From NCBI GenBank assembly GCA_035997545.1, contig DASYIL010000285.1, forward strand, positions 1 through 61,384: DNA of 61,384 nucleotides, in the 5' to 3' direction. Both the position numbers and the translations under genes were made by a program. This document shows, one piece after another, positions 21,279 to 30,320 of this stretch (position 1 is the stretch's first letter; every line of letters starts with the position of its first letter). The notes under the pieces are model-generated. The model saw nothing but the letters and a program-made list of their open reading frames with translations. It did no database searches and was not told the DNA's origin. Source of the stretch: Pseudonocardiaceae bacterium. Its GTDB lineage: Bacteria; Actinomycetota; Actinomycetes; Mycobacteriales; Pseudonocardiaceae.

Positions 21279-21482
21279 CGCTGTACTCGTCGCCGCCCAC
21301 GGTGACCGTCTCGCACTCCTCCGGCTGTTCGGTCACGTCGAGCCCTTCGGGCGGACCTGCGGTCGGTTGCGAACTCGTCCACGGTCCACCTTCCCCGATC
21401 CAGTGAAGTTTTGATCTCTACCTTGAGGGAAAATGGCTGCGGACGCTCGCCATTGCAGCCGCACCGACGAGAGTAGATCACC

Positions 21483-22397
21483 ATGGGCGCTGCCGCCGGC
21501 GGGACCGGCATCTTCCTGCCCCATCTGGGGAGTCCGCAGCGGACGATCGGCGGCCGCGTCTTCGATTTCTCTCGTCAGGTGGCGGTCATGGCGATTGTCA
21601 ACCGGACGCCGGACTCCTTCCACGACAAGGGCAAGACGTTCGGTCTCGCCGAGGCCATCGACGCCGTCGACAAGGTCGTCTCTGAGGGCGCCGACTGGGT
21701 CGATATCGGTGGTACGCCCTTCGCCCCTGGCCCCGACGTGACGGTAGAGGAGGAGCTTGACCGGGTGATCCCGGTCGTCGAGGAGACGGCCCGACGCAAT
21801 CCCCACATAGTGATCTCGGTCGACACCTACCGCCCCGAGGTGGCACGTCGGAGCATCGCAGCCGGAGCGAGCGTCATCAATGACACCAGCGGGCTTCACG
21901 ATTCCGCCATGGCGGAGGTCGTTGCCGACAGCGATGCGACTTTGACCATCGTCCACACGTTAGCCACACCCCGGACGGTATTCGCCCGCCCCTCGTACCA
22001 CGACGTTACTGTCGAGGTCGCGGACTTTCTGCGGCAGCGGGTGGACCTCGCTGTAAAAATTGGTGTTCCACCCGAAAGAATTATCATCGATCCGGGGCAT
22101 GACCTGAACAAGAACACTTACCACACGCTCGAGCTGACTCGCCGGCTGAACGAGATCACCGCCATCGGCTATCCCACTCTGGTTGCGGTGTCGAACAAGG
22201 ACTTCATCGGTGAGACGCTCGATCTGGCACAGGACCAGCGTCTGGAGGGCTCACTCGCCGCGGTCGTCTTCTGTATTGTCCAGGGCGCCCGGATCGTTCG
22301 CATGCACGATGTCCGGGCTGCCGTGTCGGCGGTCCGCCTCACCGAGGCGATCTTGGGCTTCCGCCCTCCGGCGACCGCGCGCCACAACGTGGTCTGA
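21483..22397 (+). CDS. folP: dihydropteroate synthase homologue (FolP2-like)
   Basis: ...MAIVNRTPDSFHDKG...GADWVDIGG... pterin-binding fold. The canonical DIGGESTRPG loop reads DIGGTPFAPG. Confidence 0.8.
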   Translation: MGAAAGGTGIFLPHLGSPQRTIGGRVFDFSRQVAVMAIVNRTPDSFHDKGKTFGLAEAIDAVDKVVSEGADWVDIGGTPFAPGPDVTVEEELDRVIPVVEETARRNPHIVISVDTYRPEVARRSIAAGASVINDTSGLHDSAMAEVVADSDATLTIVHTLATPRTVFARPSYHDVTVEVADFLRQRVDLAVKIGVPPERIIIDPGHDLNKNTYHTLELTRRLNEITAIGYPTLVAVSNKDFIGETLDLAQDQRLEGSLAAVVFCIVQGARIVRMHDVRAAVSAVRLTEAILGFRPPATARHNVV

Positions 22398-22451
22398 CGA
22401 CAGGCTGTCCGAGGAATCCGCCGTCCCGGTGCGTCACAGTGAGAGCGCGTG

Positions 22452-23675
22452 TCATTCGGCTGGGACACCGGCGACGATGCCGCCGTCGTGCAACTGCCCG
22501 ATCTCCGCGGCGGACAGACCCAGGACCCCAGCGAGGATCTCGTCGGTGTGCTCGCCAAGCTGGGGCGCCGGCGCAGGTCGTACCCGGTCGGTGGCGGAGA
22601 AGTCGAGCGGCGAGCTTGGCACGAGGTAGGTGCCGATGCCGGGCTGGTCGACCGCGGCGAACATCGGGTTGGTCGGCGAGCAGCGCGGGTCGGTCGTGAC
22701 CAGCTCGGCGAAGGTCTGGTATGGGCCCCAGCACACGTCGTGCCGGTCGAAGACCTTGCGGACCTCGGGTAGCGTGCGGCTGCTGACCCAAGGCTGGATG
22801 AGCGCGCCGATCACGTGCCGCGCGGCGAACCGGTCGCCCTCCTTGTCCAGGTCGACCCCGAGCAGCTTCTCAACCTGGACGCAGGCGTCACCGATCCCGA
22901 CCGCGGCCACCAGGTTGTGCCACTGCCGCGCAGTCAGGCCGACCACCATGATCCGCTTGCCGTCCTTGGTGGCGAAATCGCGTCCGAACGCTCCGTACAG
23001 GTAATTGCCGTACTTCGGCCGCTCGTTCTTGTTGATCTGCACTTCGGCGATCTTCCCGAGGTGCCCAACCATCGCGAACGCCACATCGGACAGTGCGAGC
23101 CGAACCAACTGGCCGATCCCGTCGATCCGCCGCTTGCGCTCGGCGGCCAGCAGCCCGGTCGCGGCCAGCGTGCCGGTGATCGCATCCCAGGCCGGCAACA
23201 GGTGGTTGACCGGATTGGATAGGTTGCTGGGTCCGGTGGCCCAGGGGAAACCAGTGGCGGGGTTGACCGTGTAGTCCACTGCGGACGAGCCATCGAGATT
23301 GCCGACGATGTTGACCATGATCAGGTCGGGGCGCCGGGACGTGAGTTTGTTGAAGTCCAGCCAGCCCGCGGCGGGAAAGTTCGTCAGGAACAGCCCCGCG
23401 TCATCGCCGGGCGCGGTGATCAGGTCGGTGAGCAGCTCCTGGCCTCGCGGCGATCGCAGGTCGACCGCGATCGAGCGCTTGCCCTTGTTCAGGCCCGCCC
23501 AGAACAGGCTCTTGCCGTCGGCGGTGACCGGCCAGCGGGTGGCGTCCAGGCCGCCGCCGATCGGGTCGAACCGGATCACGTCCGCGCCGAGCTGGGCCAG
23601 CGTCATCCCGCCCAGCGGCGCCGCCACGAAGGCCGATCCCTCCACCACCCGCATCCCCGCCAGGATCCCGGTCAT
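22452..23675 (-). CDS. family III (CaiB/BaiF) CoA-transferase
   Basis: MTGILAGMRVVEGSAFVAAPLGGMTLAQLGADVIRFDPIGGGLD... is a typical class III N-terminus, and the length of about 407 aa fits. Confidence 0.85.
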   Translation of the reverse strand: MTGILAGMRVVEGSAFVAAPLGGMTLAQLGADVIRFDPIGGGLDATRWPVTADGKSLFWAGLNKGKRSIAVDLRSPRGQELLTDLITAPGDDAGLFLTNFPAAGWLDFNKLTSRRPDLIMVNIVGNLDGSSAVDYTVNPATGFPWATGPSNLSNPVNHLLPAWDAITGTLAATGLLAAERKRRIDGIGQLVRLALSDVAFAMVGHLGKIAEVQINKNERPKYGNYLYGAFGRDFATKDGKRIMVVGLTARQWHNLVAAVGIGDACVQVEKLLGVDLDKEGDRFAARHVIGALIQPWVSSRTLPEVRKVFDRHDVCWGPYQTFAELVTTDPRCSPTNPMFAAVDQPGIGTYLVPSSPLDFSATDRVRPAPAPQLGEHTDEILAGVLGLSAAEIGQLHDGGIVAGVPAE

Positions 23676-23714
23676 CCCTCACCTCATTCGCTAGGGTCCC
23701 CCGCGACTATCCGA

Positions 23715-24716
23715 TCACCGCGCGAGCGCAACGAACCGCCAGTCCAGCACCGGCTTCTCCGCCGCGGCCTGATCCCCAGCCTCCTCCCCGGGGCAGCCGT
23801 GCACCACCGCCCGCAGGTCGATCAGCTGGTAACCGTCGCGCTGGTGGACGGCCTCAACGTGCAGCTCGGTGCGCAGCACGTCGCCTTCGAACACCGGGCC
23901 GGTGTGGTCGCAGCTGCGCCAAGCCACGATCGTCACCAGGTCGGGCAGCGCCCGAGTGGCATGCGCGCCGGCAATCGAGATGGTGTGCCCGCCGTAGACC
24001 AGGCGACGCCCGTACGCCGACGCGCCGGGGTCGGTGTGCGTGGCCGCGAGGTTGAGGGTGGCCCTGGCCAGTTCGGGGGCACCGGTCACGGTATCCCGCA
24101 CCTCTATGTCGTACACCGTGCCGGGTTCGGTCACGGTGGGCCGGAACGCGTCGAGCTGCCACCCCCAGGGCAGGTCCTCGACGGGGTCGGCGTCGGCGGG
24201 GATGTCGTCGAAGCTGTCGGCGTGTCCCGCGGTGTGGTCGGGGTCACGCAGCGGGAGCATCGGGCAGCGCCAGAAGTCGAGCACGGGCTCCGCGCGCTGG
24301 TTATGGACCTGCACCCGCAGCACCGCGAGGCCGGTCGCCGGCCGCCCCGGTTTCGGGCGGTTCTGTCGCAGCGCGACGACCTCGGTGCGGGTGCGCAGCG
24401 TGTCGCCGAGGTGCACCGGACGCAGCAGGCGCAGGCCCCGGTAGAATAGGTTGCCGCGGACCCGCTGCGACGGCGACGTGGTCTGCCCGATCGCGACATG
24501 ACAGACCAGCGTGGGGTGGGCGAACGGCTCGCTGCGGCCGGTGACCGTCGCGGACAGTTCATGGTCCAGCGGCAACCGGAGGCGGTCGCCGGACAGCGCC
24601 TGGTGCTGCGCGGCATGGCCCGGGGTCAGCGTCAGGCCCGGGGCGTCGGCGAAGACCTGCCCATGCGTCAGGTCCTCGAAGTACGGCCCACCGACCCGCA
24701 CCCGGTTGTCCGCCAT
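23715..24716 (-). CDS. MaoC-like (double hot-dog) acyl-CoA dehydratase/hydratase
   Basis: MADNRVRVGGPYFEDLTHGQVFADAPGLTLTPGHAAQHQALSGDRL... The start is trimmed to the ATG at 24716. It is in an operon with the CoA-transferase (39-nt gap). Confidence 0.75.
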   Translation of the reverse strand: MADNRVRVGGPYFEDLTHGQVFADAPGLTLTPGHAAQHQALSGDRLRLPLDHELSATVTGRSEPFAHPTLVCHVAIGQTTSPSQRVRGNLFYRGLRLLRPVHLGDTLRTRTEVVALRQNRPKPGRPATGLAVLRVQVHNQRAEPVLDFWRCPMLPLRDPDHTAGHADSFDDIPADADPVEDLPWGWQLDAFRPTVTEPGTVYDIEVRDTVTGAPELARATLNLAATHTDPGASAYGRRLVYGGHTISIAGAHATRALPDLVTIVAWRSCDHTGPVFEGDVLRTELHVEAVHQRDGYQLIDLRAVVHGCPGEEAGDQAAAEKPVLDWRFVALAR

Positions 24717-24759
24717 CGTGGCCGATCGTACGGCTGCCGTTCGAAGCCCGTCGACGCCA

Positions 24760-26247
24760 TCAGTGCAGGTCGGCCTGGACCACGGCGGCCTCGTCCGAAT
24801 CGGCCAGTGCCGCCCGGGGGTGGGCCCGGAGTTCCAGCACGGCCACGAGCAGAGCCAGGCACACGAACACCGTCGCGGTGAGCAGGGCGGCGGCGATCGC
24901 GTTCTGGTAGCGGCCGCCCTGGGACACCACGCCGTAGAACACTGCCGCAAGCGCGGCCGTCCCGATCGCCGATCCGATCCGTTGCCCGGTCTGCAGCGCT
25001 CCAGCCGCAGCCCCGCCCATCCGGGGCGGCACGCACTCGAGAGTCAGCGTGACGTTCGGTGAAATCACCGCGCCGCCGCCGATACCCGCCACGAGCAGCG
25101 GGAGCACCACCACCCACGCCGTCGATGGCGCGGGCACGGCGTAAAGCACCAGGGCTGTGGTAGCCAGGCCGACCGCAACGCAGCTCAGCCCGATCACCGT
25201 CAGCCATCGGCCGTATCTGTGCACCAGCCGGCCAGCTACCGCAGCCGACACCGCCGACCCGAGCGCGAACGGCGTCACCACGAGCCCGGACTGCAGCGGT
25301 GTGTACCCCAGCCCGTACTGGAAGTACAGCGCGAACACCAGCCAGATCCCGCTGAAACCGACGAAGTACACCAGCCCCAGCGCAGCTCCGGTCGGGTAGC
25401 CGGACGTGGCGGACAGCAGCCGGGTGTCCAGCAACGGCGCCCGGTCGCGCCGCACCATCCGCTGCTCCCAGCGCAGGAACAGCGCGACCAGCACCGGCGC
25501 CAGCCCGAACAGCCACCACAGCCGGCCCAGCCCACCGTCTTCGACCTGCACCAGCGGCAGCAGCAAGCACAGCACACCGGCACCGAGCAGCACCGCTCCG
25601 ACGACGTCGATCTGGTGTGCCACCCGCTGTCCGTTGCGCTGCCGGGACGGCACCAGGCGCGCCGCCGCCACCAGCGCGACCAATCCGATCGGGACGTTGA
25701 CATAGAAGATCCACCGCCAACCCTCCGGCCCCCCAGCCGCGGTGAGGATGAGACCGCCCAGCACCGGTCCCACCGCCGTGGACAGCCCGACCGTGGCGCC
25801 GAAGATGCCGAACGCCCTCCCCCGCTCCGAGCCGCGGAACAGCACCTGGATCAAGCCCGAGTTCTGGGGGGTGAGCATCCCGGCGGCGACGCCCTGCAGC
25901 AGCCGGGCCGCGACCAGCAGTTCCGCATTGGGCGCCGCCCCGCACAGCGCGCTGGTGAGCACGAACCCGGTGAGTGCGACAAGGAACATCCGCCGCCGGC
26001 CCAGGGCATCACCCAGCCGCCCGCCGGCCACCAGCACCAGCCCGAAGGCCAGTGCGTATCCGGACACCACCCACTGCACCTGGGCCACCGAGGCACCCAG
26101 GCTCTGCTGAATGGAGGGCAGCGCGACGGTGACGATGCTAACGTCCAGCAGGCTCATGAAACCCGCCATCTGGGTGACCGCGAGCGCTCGCCACCGATGT
26201 GGATAGGCGGGCTGGTCGTCGTCGGACCGGGCGTTCACCGGTCCCAT
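24760..26247 (-). CDS. MFS transporter, 14-TMS DHA2 (EmrB/QacA-like)
   Basis: ...WRALAVTQMAGFMSLLDVSIVTVALPSIQQSLGAS... N-terminus, many hydrophobic segments, 495 aa. Confidence 0.85.
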   Translation of the reverse strand: MGPVNARSDDDQPAYPHRWRALAVTQMAGFMSLLDVSIVTVALPSIQQSLGASVAQVQWVVSGYALAFGLVLVAGGRLGDALGRRRMFLVALTGFVLTSALCGAAPNAELLVAARLLQGVAAGMLTPQNSGLIQVLFRGSERGRAFGIFGATVGLSTAVGPVLGGLILTAAGGPEGWRWIFYVNVPIGLVALVAAARLVPSRQRNGQRVAHQIDVVGAVLLGAGVLCLLLPLVQVEDGGLGRLWWLFGLAPVLVALFLRWEQRMVRRDRAPLLDTRLLSATSGYPTGAALGLVYFVGFSGIWLVFALYFQYGLGYTPLQSGLVVTPFALGSAVSAAVAGRLVHRYGRWLTVIGLSCVAVGLATTALVLYAVPAPSTAWVVVLPLLVAGIGGGAVISPNVTLTLECVPPRMGGAAAGALQTGQRIGSAIGTAALAAVFYGVVSQGGRYQNAIAAALLTATVFVCLALLVAVLELRAHPRAALADSDEAAVVQADLH

Positions 26248-26306
26248 CCTTGTTCACCAACGCCACCACGGCTTCCCGGTACGCTTTGGGCCGTGAGAAG
26301 GCGCGG

Positions 26307-28460
26307 GTGACCTACAGCCGTACCACAGCTGATGACGTGTGCAAGGCGTTCGCCCAAGGCGCGGCGCTGGACTTGGCCGGCGGCGAGGTGCCCGCCGCTG
26401 CGCTTGTCGAGCTCCTCGCCGGAGCACCCCAGCGCGCCGAGGGCCGGATTCCGGCACTGCGGCTGACCGGCGCGGTGATCCGCGGCGCGCTGGATCTGCC
26501 CGGAGCGACGGTCACCGCGCTGGTCGAGCTGACCGGCTGCACGTTTGACGAACCGATCGACCTGTACGCTGCGGACCTCGTCGGCTGGCGCCTCACCCGC
26601 TGCACACTGCCCGGTCTGGGAGCGGCCAGCCTGCGGGCGCGCAGCGAGCTGGCGCTCCAGGTGTGCACCGTGACCGGGCCGGTGGTACTGCCCGACGCCC
26701 GGATCGAAGGACCGCTGCGGCTGATCGACACCCGTCTGCACACCGCCGACGGTCCTGCGCTGGTCGGGGTGCGGATGGTGATCCGCGGCGTGCTCGACGC
26801 TCGAGGGCTGCAGGCCGAAGGCCAGGTGCGGCTGGCCGGCGCGCGGGTGGACGGCAACATCGATCTGCGCGGCGCGCAGCTGGCCTGTCTCGGTGGGGAC
26901 GCGCTCGGCGCCGCCGGGGTACAGATCGGCGGCAACCTACGCTTCGATCGGGAATTCACCGCGCACGGCCGGATGGTGCTGGCCGGTGCCTCGGTGGCGG
27001 GCGACGCGGTGTTCTCCGGCGCGACGCTGCGGGGCACCACCAATCCGGACGAGTGCGCGGTGCTCGTGCTGCCACGCGGCAGCGCTGATCCCAGCGCAGC
27101 GCTGGTGGCCGATCGCATCGCGGTGAACGGCAACCTGGTGCTCGACGCGGGGTTCACCGCCGCCGGCAGCGTCCGGGTGACGAACGCCCGGATCGGGGGG
27201 TACCTGCGGCTTTCCGGCTCAACGCTGGGCAGCCCGGTCGAGCCCACTACGGACAACGGTGATCACTCGCGACCCGTGCCGGTGGCCCTGGCAGCCGACG
27301 GAATCGAGGTGCGCGGGGACCTGGAAGCGCGCCGGACGCGCACCGGAACAGGTGACTTCGGTCCGCTACAGGCGCATGGGCAGGTGCGGTTGGCCGGCGC
27401 ACAGGTGCACGGCAGCGCGAGCCTGACCGGTGCGCGACTGCACGGTCCGGGCCTGGACGTGCTCTTCGCCGACCGGCTGCGGGTCGGCGGGTCGCTGTTC
27501 CTGCGCGGGGTGGTGGCCGAAGGCTCCATCCGGCTGCACCAAGCCCACATCGGATCGACCCTGGACTGCACCGGTGCCCGGCTTGACGCACCACGGCGCC
27601 GGCCGGACGGCTCGATCAAGCCATCGCTCGACGCCCGAGCCGCAACGATCGGCAAAGACATCTACGCCAGCCGCGGGTTCACCGCCACCGGCGGCGTGCG
27701 GCTCAGCGTCGCCGAGGTGTCGAAGTCGGCGAACTTCGACGGCGCCCGGCTCGGCGGATCCGGTAAAGGTGTCTGGGCGCTACGCGCCCGCGGGATGACC
27801 TGCCAGGAACTGAGGCTGGGTTTTGCCGAGCCGCCGCGCGGCGACGTCAGCCTCGCCGGTGCCGTGGCCAGCTCAGTCTTCGACGGCGCGCACCTGTGGG
27901 CCACCGACGGCGTAGTGGACGTCGAGGATTTCCAGTACCAGTCACTCACCGCCGTGCCCGACGTGGACGTGGCCACTCGGTTGCGCTGGCTGCAGGTCGT
28001 GCTACCCGGCTATGACCCCGATCCCTACGACCACCTCGCCGCGAGCTACCGCGACGCCGGCCACGACGACCGCGCCGACACGGTGCTGCTGGCCAAGCAG
28101 CGGCACCGGCACACCGGATACGGCCACGCCGGTCGGATCTGGGGATGGCTTCAGGAGTGGACCGTCGGCTACGGCTACCGGCCCTGGCGGGCGGCGCTGT
28201 GGCTCGCGGTGTGCTGGCTACTCGGGTCGCTGTGGTTCACCTACCACCAGCTGCCTCGGCTCGACAGCGGCCAGTACCCGTCGTGGCAGCCGGTGATCTA
28301 TGCCGCGGACCTGCTGGCCCCGGTGGTGAACCTGGGTCAGGACGGCCTATGGCAGACCTCCGGCGCATCGGCCTGGGTGGCCGCTGGGCTGACCGCGGTG
28401 GGCTGGCTGCTGCTGTCCACCGCGGCGGCGGGAGTAACCCGGATTCTCACCCGCCGGTGA
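26307..28460 (+). CDS. large repeat (beta-helix-like) protein with C-terminal membrane domain, function unknown
   Basis: About 560 aa of imperfect roughly 20-25-residue G/A/L/V/R repeats (e.g. GQVRLAGARVDGNIDLRGAQL, GSVRVTNARIGGYLRLSGSTL). These are followed by WLQEWTVGYGYRPWRAALWLAVCWLLGSLWF and a second hydrophobic segment. The GTG at 26307 is preceded by GAGAAGG. Confidence 0.7.
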   Translation: MTYSRTTADDVCKAFAQGAALDLAGGEVPAAALVELLAGAPQRAEGRIPALRLTGAVIRGALDLPGATVTALVELTGCTFDEPIDLYAADLVGWRLTRCTLPGLGAASLRARSELALQVCTVTGPVVLPDARIEGPLRLIDTRLHTADGPALVGVRMVIRGVLDARGLQAEGQVRLAGARVDGNIDLRGAQLACLGGDALGAAGVQIGGNLRFDREFTAHGRMVLAGASVAGDAVFSGATLRGTTNPDECAVLVLPRGSADPSAALVADRIAVNGNLVLDAGFTAAGSVRVTNARIGGYLRLSGSTLGSPVEPTTDNGDHSRPVPVALAADGIEVRGDLEARRTRTGTGDFGPLQAHGQVRLAGAQVHGSASLTGARLHGPGLDVLFADRLRVGGSLFLRGVVAEGSIRLHQAHIGSTLDCTGARLDAPRRRPDGSIKPSLDARAATIGKDIYASRGFTATGGVRLSVAEVSKSANFDGARLGGSGKGVWALRARGMTCQELRLGFAEPPRGDVSLAGAVASSVFDGAHLWATDGVVDVEDFQYQSLTAVPDVDVATRLRWLQVVLPGYDPDPYDHLAASYRDAGHDDRADTVLLAKQRHRHTGYGHAGRIWGWLQEWTVGYGYRPWRAALWLAVCWLLGSLWFTYHQLPRLDSGQYPSWQPVIYAADLLAPVVNLGQDGLWQTSGASAWVAAGLTAVGWLLLSTAAAGVTRILTRR

Positions 28461-28616
28461 CAAGCTACTGGCCGGATGCCCCGCCGTCACCCGCAGATCA
28501 GGGAGGGCCCGATATCCTATAGATGAGATGTCCAGGCTTGACCGGGCTCCGCCGCATCGGCGCCGTCGTCGCCGTGTGATCGTCGCGACGCCCGCTCGTG
28601 ACCGTCGTCGTTGCGG

Positions 28617-29072
28617 CTACCGGGAGCCGTCAACGATCTTGCGGGCACCCAGTGACGTGTCCAACTTGACCAGCGTGGTCTTCTCCATTGCGATATCGAT
28701 ACACTCGACGTCCGGCTGAGCCGGATCGTGGCCCTCGTACAGGGTTACGACGACCTCGGGCGCGCGCTCCTGCACCTCGACGCGGTCGAGCACCTGGCAC
28801 GGCTCCACGCCCGACCACCAGCTGACCAGCAGCGCCCTCCCGCCGGTCACCGGCTCGGCTCGATCCCACGGCACCGGCCGGACCCCGGCCATCCCCGGTC
28901 TCGGTGTCACCAGCGGCGGTGGCGTCGAGTCGACGTCGCGCGGTGGGCTCGTCGAGGACACGCTCGGTTCGTCCGGGCCCGGCGGGGTGCCTCCGGACGC
29001 GGCCGGACCACCGAAGCCGGTGATGGCGAACGCCAGGCCGAGCGGGACGATCAGCTTCCACCAGTGCGACAT
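28617..29072 (-). CDS. small secreted/membrane-anchored hypothetical protein
   Basis: N-terminal signal-like MSHWWKLIVPLGLAFAITGFGG, a Pro/Ser-rich linker, then a roughly 80-aa domain containing two Cys. Confidence 0.6.
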   Translation of the reverse strand: MSHWWKLIVPLGLAFAITGFGGPAASGGTPPGPDEPSVSSTSPPRDVDSTPPPLVTPRPGMAGVRPVPWDRAEPVTGGRALLVSWWSGVEPCQVLDRVEVQERAPEVVVTLYEGHDPAQPDVECIDIAMEKTTLVKLDTSLGARKIVDGSR

Positions 29073-29200
29073 GACGACCTCCGCGGTGCTAGTACCAACC
29101 TACGGTCTCCGGAGGGGACGGAGGAAAGCCGTCGTGCTGCTCTCCCGCGAGCAGTTCTGGTCGGCCCGTACCTACTAGGAGGTTCTGACTGAGGTCGGCT

Positions 29201-30319
29201 TCACCGATCTGCGGGCCGCGGCACCCGTGCTGGTGGACGCCTACGGGTTGGCCGAACCTGCCGACCTGGACGCGTGGGACTACGACGTTGAACGTTCCCG
29301 GGCGCCGTTCCCGCTCCTCCACGGTTGCCGGCCGGTGACCTGACCTCTGAGCGAACCCGCCTACGCACCTTGAGCAGGCTGGCCACCGTCGTCACCAGCA
29401 GCACGCCAACGATCACGCCCAGCGAGAGTTCGATGCCTACAGTTGGCACCGAGTCCAGCGGCTGACCGCCGTTGAGGAAGGGCAGTGAGTTCTCATACAG
29501 CGCCTCGAGCACCAGCTTGATACCGATGAATCCGAGGATCACGCCCAGCCCGATGGACAGGTATACGAGCCTGCTGAGCAGCCCACCGATGAGGAAGTAC
29601 AGCTGCCGTAGACCCATGAGAGCGAAGGCGTTAGCGGTGAACACGATGAAGGGTTCCTGGGTGAGCCCGAAAACCGCCGGGATGGAATCCAAGGCGAAGA
29701 CCAAGTCTGCGGAGCCGATCGCCATCATTACGATGATCATCGGGGTCATCCATCGCTTGCCGTCCCGTTTGACCGTGAGCGCAGCGCCGTGGAACTCGTC
29801 GGTCACCGGGACCAGCTTGCGCAGCGCACGCAGCGTGATGTTCTCCTCATACTCCACGTCCTGTTTCCGCTGGCGGACTTGCTGCCAACCCAGGTAGATC
29901 AGCAGCGCGCCGAAGAGGTAGAACACCCAGCTAAAGTTCGAGATAAGCGCCGCACCAGCCCCAATGAACAGCCCTCGCATGATCAACGCGAGCATGATGC
30001 CGATCAGCAGCACCCGATGCTGGTGGACGGCCGGCACCCCGAAGGCCGCCATGATGATCACGAAGATGAACAGATTGTCCACCGATAACGAGTACTCGGT
30101 GACGTATCCGGCGAGGTACTCGACGGCGAACTTGCTGCCGGCGAAGAACCACACACCCAGCCCGAACACCGCCGCGCAGGCGACGTAGAACACCACCCAC
30201 CGGCCCGCCTCAGCGATGCCCACCGCGTGCGGCTTGCGGTCGACGATGATCAGGTCGAGGGCAAACAAGACAACGAGGCCGCCCACCGTGGCGAGCCAGA
30301 CCCAGATGGGCACATCCAT
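29201..30319 (-). CDS. TerC-family integral membrane protein
   Basis: MDVPIWVWLATVGGLVVLFALDLIIVDRKPH...EYSLSVDNLFIF... The ATG at 30319 is preceded by GGAGG. Confidence 0.9.
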   Translation of the reverse strand: MDVPIWVWLATVGGLVVLFALDLIIVDRKPHAVGIAEAGRWVVFYVACAAVFGLGVWFFAGSKFAVEYLAGYVTEYSLSVDNLFIFVIIMAAFGVPAVHQHRVLLIGIMLALIMRGLFIGAGAALISNFSWVFYLFGALLIYLGWQQVRQRKQDVEYEENITLRALRKLVPVTDEFHGAALTVKRDGKRWMTPMIIVMMAIGSADLVFALDSIPAVFGLTQEPFIVFTANAFALMGLRQLYFLIGGLLSRLVYLSIGLGVILGFIGIKLVLEALYENSLPFLNGGQPLDSVPTVGIELSLGVIVGVLLVTTVASLLKVRRRVRSEVRSPAGNRGGAGTAPGNVQRRSPTRPGRQVRPTRRRPPARVPRPADR

Positions 30320-30320
30320 G

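Noticed and set aside
21275-21511. 78-aa minus-strand ORF in the spacer between the peptidase-like gene and folP. It was considered as a small partner (immunity or antitoxin-like) gene, along with the MTEQPEECETVTVGGDEYSV frame starting at 21336.
   Set aside because: There is no SD or family signature. One frame overlaps the folP start and the other has no stop until deep inside the peptidase gene on the antisense strand. The evidence is insufficient.
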